Source: an uncultured bacterium
GTDB lineage: Bacteria; Patescibacteriota; Minisyncoccia; Phycocordibacterales; Zambryskibacteraceae
NCBI GenBank assembly: GCA_963789635.1
Contig: CAWBLF010000003.1
Coordinates: forward strand, 67,388 to 131,387
Direction: 5' to 3'
Length of the DNA stretch: 64,000 nt
Made by a program: the position numbers and the translations under genes. The notes under the pieces are model-generated. The model did no database searches, was not told where the DNA came from, and saw only the letters and a list, made by a program, of their open reading frames with translations. How positions within the stretch are numbered: position 1 is the stretch's first letter; each line of letters begins with the position of its first letter. This document shows, piece by piece, positions 58,094 to 64,000 of this stretch.

Positions 58094-59971
58094 TTACACT
58101 CCCAGTATTACCGGTATGACCAAGGGTCTCTTGGCCGTCTTTTGGAACAAAAATCTTTCTATCGTGTCTGTAACATTTCCTTTGACCAAGTCAAAGTTTA
58201 TCGGGTTCATTCCTTGAGTAGTCTGTTCTATTGAACGCTTGATGACAATACGAGTTTCTTGCAACAAACCTTGCGATTCACGCAAATAGACGAAGCCACG
58301 GGAAATAATATCCGGAGATTTTCTCAACTTGCCGGTTTTGGCGTTGACAGAAGCGACGATGACGACAAAACCGTCTTCGGCTAGCATTTTGCGATCACGC
58401 ATTACCACTTCCTGCACATCTCCGACTGAAAATCCATCCACCAACACGTCATTGGAAGGCGCTTTTACCGGAAGCATTCTGATTTTTTGTCCGTCCGGTG
58501 AAATTTCTATGATTGAACCGTTGTCCGGCACAACCACATTCTCTCTTGGTACTCCTCTGCGGTAAGCCAGTTCAGCATGCTGTCGAAGCATGTAGTGGTG
58601 TCCGTGTACGGGCATAAAGAAACGATAGTTGATGTGATCGTGTATCCATTTAAGTTCTTCACGGTTGCCGTGTCCCGAGGCGTGCACGTCTGCGTCCAAA
58701 TATGTAATGATTTTCGCTTCCGAACGATACAGATTGTCTTTTAGTTTTACAACCGCGTTGAAGTTTGAAGGAATAATGGAGCTGGACAAAAGGATTGTGT
58801 CTGTCGCTCTCAAACGCAAATACTTGTGAGTTTTGTTGGCAATTCTCATGAGAGCGGAATATTCTTCACCTTGTCCTCCGGTCACCAACATCACTATTTT
58901 GTCCGGAGGATAATTTTCAATTTCTTCAATCGGAATGATAATTTTTTCGGTATCCACGAGCTTCAGTTGTTTGATGATATCAATGTTGGTTTTCATACTT
59001 CGGCCTTCTATCACCACTTTTTTGTTTAGTTCACGGCAAATATTGATGATGGCAATAATGCGCTCTACCTGCGAGGCAAAAGTGGCGATGATGAGGCGAG
59101 AGCCTACGGATTTAACAATGTTTTCAATATTTTTTATGACCACCTGCTCGGACAAAGAGAATCCGGGTTTTTCTATGGAAGTGGAATCCATAGTCAAAAG
59201 AAGAACGTCCATATCTTTAAATCTTTTATACTGTTCGTTTTCTTCTTCGGTCGGCACTCCTTCTATGTTGTCCACGCGCACGTCTTCGATAAACACGATG
59301 TTTCCTATAGGAGTTTTGATGACTAGTCCCATGGAGTCGGGGATGGTGTGCGATATTGGGAATGTGGAAATTTTGAAGTTCTCCGAAATGGTGATATTTT
59401 CATCGCCGTCAATTACTTTTATGTTGAGTGGCGCAAATTGAGGAAATTCTTCTTGTCTCTTCTGAATCATAATTGCTCCGAACTGGCGAGTATAAATCGG
59501 CGGATTGCCAATCATATTCATAATGTAGGGGATACCGCCAATGTGGTCTAGATGTCCGTGAGTTATGAAGACCGCTCGGATTTTATCTTTGCGTTCTTCA
59601 AGATATTTGGTATTTGGCAAAATATAATCAATGCCGGGAGTTTCTTCCTCACGAAACTGAAAACCGATATCAACAATGATGATGTCGTTTTTGTATTCTA
59701 AGGCGGTCATATTTTTGCCCACTTCTTCCACTCCGCCTAGAGGAATGATACGCAAATTATCACCAGCCGGAGGGATAATGTCCGGCTTTTTTCTAGTGTC
59801 TCGGTCAAATGCCGGGGCAGGGAAACGACGATTGCGTGCAGGCAACCTTCTGCTGCCGACGCTTCTCATGTGCCTGTGTGATCCTGTTTGGATAGGACGC
59901 GGAGGACGAACTGGGTTATTGCCACGCTGTGCGTCCGGTCTTTCTGGTTGATTTGGTGTTGACGGGTTCAT
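58094..59971 (-). CDS. rnj: ribonuclease J (beta-CASP metallo-beta-lactamase) with Arg/Pro-rich N-terminal extension
   Basis: HxHxDH motif ITHGHLDHIGGIPY; beta-CASP and C-terminal domain; first about 75 aa low complexity. Confidence 0.85.
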   Translation of the reverse strand: MNPSTPNQPERPDAQRGNNPVRPPRPIQTGSHRHMRSVGSRRLPARNRRFPAPAFDRDTRKKPDIIPPAGDNLRIIPLGGVEEVGKNMTALEYKNDIIIVDIGFQFREEETPGIDYILPNTKYLEERKDKIRAVFITHGHLDHIGGIPYIMNMIGNPPIYTRQFGAIMIQKRQEEFPQFAPLNIKVIDGDENITISENFKISTFPISHTIPDSMGLVIKTPIGNIVFIEDVRVDNIEGVPTEEENEQYKRFKDMDVLLLTMDSTSIEKPGFSLSEQVVIKNIENIVKSVGSRLIIATFASQVERIIAIINICRELNKKVVIEGRSMKTNIDIIKQLKLVDTEKIIIPIEEIENYPPDKIVMLVTGGQGEEYSALMRIANKTHKYLRLRATDTILLSSSIIPSNFNAVVKLKDNLYRSEAKIITYLDADVHASGHGNREELKWIHDHINYRFFMPVHGHHYMLRQHAELAYRRGVPRENVVVPDNGSIIEISPDGQKIRMLPVKAPSNDVLVDGFSVGDVQEVVMRDRKMLAEDGFVVIVASVNAKTGKLRKSPDIISRGFVYLRESQGLLQETRIVIKRSIEQTTQGMNPINFDLVKGNVTDTIERFLFQKTAKRPLVIPVILGV

Positions 59972-60005
59972 TTGATTGATTTTGTTACGAGCTTGCGAGT
60001 TTCAA

Positions 60006-60050
60006 AATCATCACCCCGCCATCATTCAGGATCCTCTCTGGTGAGGGTGG
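60006..60050 (-). terminator. probable terminator of SBP gene
   Basis: Imperfect hairpin ACCCCGCCATCA...GGTGAGGGTGGGGT followed by a U-rich tract on the minus strand. Confidence 0.35.
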
Positions 60051-60091
60051 GGTAATTAAATTTATAGTCGCTTCGCTCCTTAATTTAATAA

Positions 60092-61837
60092 TTATTTTTT
60101 AATAAAAATATTCCAAATATGATTTGTTTCCACATACCATTCGTTTATTCCAGCGAATCTTTCGGACGGTACGGTCAGATAACTAATATTGACGCCCCGC
60201 ACTTTCTTCGGAAGTATATATAGGAAACTTGGTGAATACACAAATATCGCAGGTTTGTCGTTCTTAATTATTTGTTCAAAGGCCGCATAATCCGAATCTC
60301 GCAAAGCAAAATCAGAAGTGGCTCGTGCTTTTTCCAGTAGTTTGTCAGCAGCCGAGTTGACATAAAGGGCTATGTTTAGACCTGGGTCATTTCGTTCCGT
60401 AGAATGCCAAAAGGGGTACAGGTCCACACTGCGACCGATAATTTCACCAAACAGAAGCGCGTCGTATTTTCTCGGCCGGATGATGTTTTGGTTTAAGTCT
60501 CCCGATTCGTAGACTTGGACATCCACTTGCGCGCCAAGAGCTGTCCAGTCATTTTTGATTATATTTGCGACGGCCTTTAGCTCAGGCGTATCACCGGTAG
60601 CTATGGAGAAGGCAAGAGTCTGAGTGCCACTTTTTGTTTTCTTTTGCCAAATTCCGGTTGAAGAACTTATTTTCCATCCGGCCTTTGCCAAAGTCGTACT
60701 TGCGATGGCGAGACGTTCCACTTCGGTAGTAGTTGAAACCAAATAATTTTTTGTTTTTGGCGGAATGGGTCCGTCTATGGTGGCGCCGAACCCAAACAAG
60801 ACCTCTTTCACTATGGCCGCCTTATCAAGACTTTGGTCAAGCGCCAGTCTTACTTCATTGTTCGCAAGCACATGCGCCTGATTTTGATTGAAAAATACTC
60901 CAAAAATTCTTGGCAAAACAGATTCAATGATATTGATGTTGTCATTTTTTAACCCGTAGACGGTTTGAGCCGAAAGTCCATACACGCTTTCTATATCTCC
61001 CGCATTATATGCGCTTATAAGGTCATTCTCGTCTTGATAAAACTTCATTGTTAAGGTGGAGATATACGGCTCGCCACTTATATAGTGTGAGAAACTCTTC
61101 AAGGTGTAGGCGCTTGGAATGCCGTTTGAATCTTGCGATATGCTACTTACTTCATATGGTCCGGATCCGACTGGAGTTATGTTGTATTTGCTGAACGGAA
61201 ATTGCTCCGGTGCCACAGCGCTCCAAATGTGTTCCGGCAGAATGCCGAGAGTGGTGTTGTCAAGGAAAGGACCGTATGGCTGTTTCAAGATAAATTGGAT
61301 TTCATGGTCATTTACCACGTGGACAGTAACGCCATCCCAATTTGCCTGCATAGGGCTTTTGATTATCGGATCTTCGGCTTTGGCTATTGTAAATTCCACA
61401 TCATTTGCGGTTACCGGAGTGCCGTCTTGAAAAGTGGCATCTTTGCGGATGACAAAATCATAAGTCAGCCCGTCGGGAGAGATGGAGTAGTGGTCCGCCA
61501 AGTCTGTAACCAATGTTCCGTCCGGTCCGGCCTTGAGAAGTCCGGAGTATGTCAGAGCCACCAGATCCTTGTCAGTATCGCTCATGGCCAAAAGAGGATT
61601 TATGAAACGTGGTGTGCCGATGACACCCTCGGTAAGCTCTCCGCCGTGGGCCGGCACTTCGGTCTGATACGCCAGACTGACTTTTTCCAAAAGAGCAATT
61701 CCGGAAAAGATGAAAACTGCCACAAAAAACCAAAAAATGATTTTTTCGGTTAATGAAAAAGAGCGGATTGCATTTTCAATGACGTCTTTTTTGGGAAAAT
61801 TAAAACGCTTGGTGAACAAAGCTAAAAAATCTTTCAT
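60092..61837 (-). CDS. ABC transporter substrate-binding protein, family 5 (peptide/nickel/OppA-like), membrane-anchored
   Basis: N-terminal TM anchor; SBP_bac_5 architecture and length. Confidence 0.75.
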   Translation of the reverse strand: MKDFLALFTKRFNFPKKDVIENAIRSFSLTEKIIFWFFVAVFIFSGIALLEKVSLAYQTEVPAHGGELTEGVIGTPRFINPLLAMSDTDKDLVALTYSGLLKAGPDGTLVTDLADHYSISPDGLTYDFVIRKDATFQDGTPVTANDVEFTIAKAEDPIIKSPMQANWDGVTVHVVNDHEIQFILKQPYGPFLDNTTLGILPEHIWSAVAPEQFPFSKYNITPVGSGPYEVSSISQDSNGIPSAYTLKSFSHYISGEPYISTLTMKFYQDENDLISAYNAGDIESVYGLSAQTVYGLKNDNINIIESVLPRIFGVFFNQNQAHVLANNEVRLALDQSLDKAAIVKEVLFGFGATIDGPIPPKTKNYLVSTTTEVERLAIASTTLAKAGWKISSSTGIWQKKTKSGTQTLAFSIATGDTPELKAVANIIKNDWTALGAQVDVQVYESGDLNQNIIRPRKYDALLFGEIIGRSVDLYPFWHSTERNDPGLNIALYVNSAADKLLEKARATSDFALRDSDYAAFEQIIKNDKPAIFVYSPSFLYILPKKVRGVNISYLTVPSERFAGINEWYVETNHIWNIFIKK

Positions 61838-61902
61838 AATTAGAAAATAAGAAATAATTCGAAAAATAATTCAAATCGTAACAATCGCGTTTAAGTGTCG
61901 TG

Positions 61903-62136
61903 TTAACGCGCGAGAATGAGTGCAATAATTGCCGAAAGGGCGAAGAGAATAGAGACTACAATGGTCAGTCTAAACAATGTTTTTTCAGCCCCTCTTCGGA
62001 CGTATCCTCCCGTACTAAAAGAGTCAGCACCGAAGGCGCTACCCAGTCCAGCATCAGATCGTTGCAAGAGGACTCCTCCGACGAGGATAATCGAGAGCAA
62101 GATTTGAATATATGGGAGAATCGCAGAAATACTCAT
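61903..62136 (-). CDS. secG: preprotein translocase subunit SecG
   Basis: 77 aa, two TM; LLQRSDAGLGSAFGADSFSTGG...LFALSAIIALIL matches SecG. Confidence 0.7.
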   Translation of the reverse strand: MSISAILPYIQILLSIILVGGVLLQRSDAGLGSAFGADSFSTGGYVRRGAEKTLFRLTIVVSILFALSAIIALILAR

Positions 62137-62357
62137 TAGTTAGACACGATACACGAAACCTGCATTGAAGTAAAGAGGTGAAATGAAATTTGTGTTTTGA
62201 ATTAGGTTCAACTTTGATTTCCTAATGTTTGGTCACTGGATATTGGTTCCGAAACAAAACCTCAAAGTCGATGAAACACAGTAGCAACATACCCATATTT
62301 CTAGCTATTTTATGGCTATTTTAACGCTTCAAGATTTGCAACTTGTCAATTTTATGC

Positions 62358-62385
62358 TTGACATATATTGCATATATGCTATAAT
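62358..62385 (+). promoter_or_regulatory. consensus sigma-70-type promoter TTGACA-16-TATAAT driving the GC-rich cassette
   Basis: TTGACA (62358-62363), 16-nt spacer, TATAAT (62380-62385). Confidence 0.55.
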
Positions 62386-62471
62386 TGGAGGAGCAGTTTC
62401 ATTCGTTCTGTAACATCTCTATTTCACACATTGCTTGCTTTCTTTCAGGCCCAAAAGGGCGGAGGCTCCAA

Positions 62472-62627
62472 ATGGACAACGCGAAGATCGTCGCCGAAGC
62501 GAACCAGAAGTTCCTTGGCGAAATGAACATGCTTCGACAGGATGTCGAAAGCGCAAAGTTGGTCAACGGTTTCGCGTTCCAGTACATCCTCGACCTTCTC
62601 ACGATTCTCGAGCGCGTCGCGTTCTGA
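62472..62627 (+). CDS. small hypothetical protein (GC-rich cassette gene 1)
   Basis: Start MDNAKIV within listed ORF 62385-62627; high-GC codon usage unlike flanking genes. Confidence 0.3.
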   Translation: MDNAKIVAEANQKFLGEMNMLRQDVESAKLVNGFAFQYILDLLTILERVAF

Positions 62628-62665
62628 TCCTGAAGGAGCCGTTACAGTCGAACCCCAAGAGGGTC

Positions 62666-62872
62666 ATGGCTGCCACAGTCGAGGCGACTCGCGCCATCAG
62701 GGCTCTCCAGTCGGACCGTGAGGCCTTCTTCCTCAATAGGGAGAAGGAACACACGATGGCCAAGTTGGCGGTGGCACGTCGTCTTTTCACCCACTTCGTC
62801 AAGCTCCTCAATACCGAGCTTGCAGTGGCAAAGAGGGTGGTCAGGTTTGACATCCCCGACTTCGGTGATTGA
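62666..62872 (+). CDS. small hypothetical protein (GC-rich cassette gene 2)
   Basis: Start MAATVEAT within listed ORF 62435-62872; helical. Confidence 0.3.
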   Translation: MAATVEATRAIRALQSDREAFFLNREKEHTMAKLAVARRLFTHFVKLLNTELAVAKRVVRFDIPDFGD

Positions 62873-62899
62873 GGTTGAGCGCGGTAGCTCTTCGTCGAC

Positions 62900-63103
62900 A
62901 TGGCGCTTGAGCTAGCGGAGGCGACGAATGAATCCGTCTGGCGTTATGAGGAGGAGGCAAAGAACGTCTCTACGGCGTTCAACACCGTTCGCAGTCTGCA
63001 GGAAAGCTTTCTGCAGAAAAAGAAAGTGGTTGCGATACTCTACGACCGCGCTCGAGCCGTTCGCGACTATCCTGCAGTGTTCGGCGAGGACCCCGATCGG
63101 TGA
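62900..63103 (+). CDS. small hypothetical protein (GC-rich cassette gene 3)
   Basis: 67-aa ORF; 4-nt overlap with next ORF. Confidence 0.3.
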   Translation: MALELAEATNESVWRYEEEAKNVSTAFNTVRSLQESFLQKKKVVAILYDRARAVRDYPAVFGEDPDR

Positions 63104-63405
63104 TCTTCACCAACATCCGGCGGCTCGAGCATCGTATCCTCAAGGGGCATGTCTCTCTCGATACGTTGCGCAGTGAGTACATCGAGATCACCACGTCGCT
63201 CTGGAATCGAGAAGGAGACTCCACCGATGGCAGTGGCGAAGTCCCTGACGTCAAGCGCTTTCTTCTTGGCCTCGAAAACGAGGCCAACCTGACAGAGAAG
63301 AGGCCGACGGCGACTGACAGGATCAGCGAAGTCCGAAGCCAAGTGCCAGAACGGTCTCAAGACCTGCGTCAAAGCGGAGGCACAAGCCCGGGCTTTGCCG
63401 CGTAA
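63100..63405 (+). CDS. small hypothetical protein (GC-rich cassette gene 4)
   Basis: 101-aa ORF ending just before a strong terminator. Confidence 0.3.
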   Translation: MIFTNIRRLEHRILKGHVSLDTLRSEYIEITTSLWNREGDSTDGSGEVPDVKRFLLGLENEANLTEKRPTATDRISEVRSQVPERSQDLRQSGGTSPGFAA

Positions 63406-63437
63406 GCGGCGTGGGGCAGGTAGCAAACAGAAAAAGA

Positions 63438-63478
63438 GAACGCCGACGACTTCGTGTCGTCGGCGTTTTTTCTTTTTT
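63438..63478 (+). terminator. strong Rho-independent terminator
   Basis: GAACGCCGACGAC-ttcgt-GTCGTCGGCGTT followed by TTTTTCTTTTTT. Confidence 0.75.
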
Positions 63479-63489
63479 GGTCTTAAAAT

Positions 63490-63545
63490 CACTTGGACAT
63501 CCTTATTGTCCAAGTGATTGACATAGGGTGACCTATCAATATAAT
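63490..63545 (+). promoter_or_regulatory. groES promoter TTGACA-16-TATAAT preceded by a perfect inverted repeat CACTTGGACA-N7-TGTCCAAGTG (candidate heat-shock operator, HAIR-like rather than CIRCE)
   Basis: IR at 63490-63516; -35 at 63518-63523; -10 at 63540-63545; no CIRCE (TTAGCACTC-N9-GAGTGCTAA) present. Confidence 0.5.
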
Positions 63546-63581
63546 GAGGGCCTCATTACCAGCAAACAATTGCTTTTGAAT

Positions 63582-63929
63582 ATGAAAAAAATAAAAAATA
63601 AGACAGCCCAAAAAGCAACTCCTTCGAGAGTTAAACCCCTCGGTCTCACTCCTCTCGGCGACCGGGTCTTGGTCAAAGAAATCAAAACAAAGGAAGACAA
63701 GAAAACTGATTCGGGCATCTTTATACCGGCTTCGGTAAAGGCGGATGATGGCACTAAGAGAGGTATAGTCGTCGCAATCGGACGTGGTCGCATTGAAGAC
63801 GGCAAACTTATCCCGGTCAATCTAAAAGTCGGTGACGAAGTATTGTATCAGTGGGGCGAAAATCTTATTTTCAAAGATGAAGAATATACTTTGGTCAAAG
63901 AGTCGGAAATTTCTGCGTTAATCAACTGA
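63582..63929 (+). CDS. groES: co-chaperonin GroES
   Basis: LKPLGDRVLVKE...DSGIFIPASVKADDGTKRGIVVAIGRGR...KVGDEVLY signature; start at MKKIKNK inside the longer listed ORF. Confidence 0.8.
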   Translation: MKKIKNKTAQKATPSRVKPLGLTPLGDRVLVKEIKTKEDKKTDSGIFIPASVKADDGTKRGIVVAIGRGRIEDGKLIPVNLKVGDEVLYQWGENLIFKDEEYTLVKESEISALIN

Positions 63930-64000
63930 CAACAAACAACCCACAACAGACAATTATACAAACGAGTTTTTGAATTTTGTCGGTTGAGGGTTGTTTGTTA

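Overview
This 64 kb window looks like part of a small, moderately AT-rich bacterial chromosome. Several features suggest a reduced-genome (possibly CPR/Patescibacteria-like) lineage: a short IF-2, an AspRS that lacks the GAD insertion, and many small secreted or membrane proteins. This lineage assignment is an inference, not something the sequence proves.

The housekeeping backbone is clear. It includes infB-rbfA, clpB, a cysteine desulfurase, alr, miaA, rpmG (missed by the ORF track), a family-4 UDG, parB, a RelA/SpoT homolog, topA, dprA, serS, a dus gene, dnaX, nadK, rnj, secG, groES, a P-type ATPase and an MFS transporter. There are 8 tRNA genes: Leu-TAG, Lys-CTT, Leu-TAA, Cys-GCA, Tyr-GTA, Trp-CCA, Leu-CAA and Gln-TTG.

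The most unusual region lies next to tRNA-Leu(CAA).
- Boundaries: a low-GC segment of about 5.5 kb (16525-22101) is bounded by 23-bp direct repeats of the tRNA-Leu 3' end. Its cargo is framed by about 400-bp near-identical inverted repeats.
- Cargo: a translationally coupled operon of xre, a GAD-less aspS, an SDR oxidoreductase, and a 663-aa protein. That protein fuses a glutamyl-tRNA-reductase-like (HemA) domain to a class II AspRS/AsnRS-type catalytic core. Together these look like an uncharacterised aminoacyl-tRNA-dependent reductive system.

A second recurring theme is a family of small modules of about 128 to 335 bp carrying a conserved two-hairpin motif of about 60 nt.
- They sit beside long duplications of gene 3' ends, at tRNA-Trp, tRNA-Leu and topA.
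- They are likely miniature integrative elements or integration scars.

Other notable items:
- Several promoter- and terminator-bounded candidate small RNAs.
- Two GC-rich, probably acquired blocks (35.2-37.1 kb and 62.15-63.48 kb).
- A 21-bp perfect palindrome present three times.
- A membrane-anchored Clp-like ATPase with a degenerate first nucleotide-binding domain.
- A HAIR-like (not CIRCE) inverted repeat over the groES promoter.
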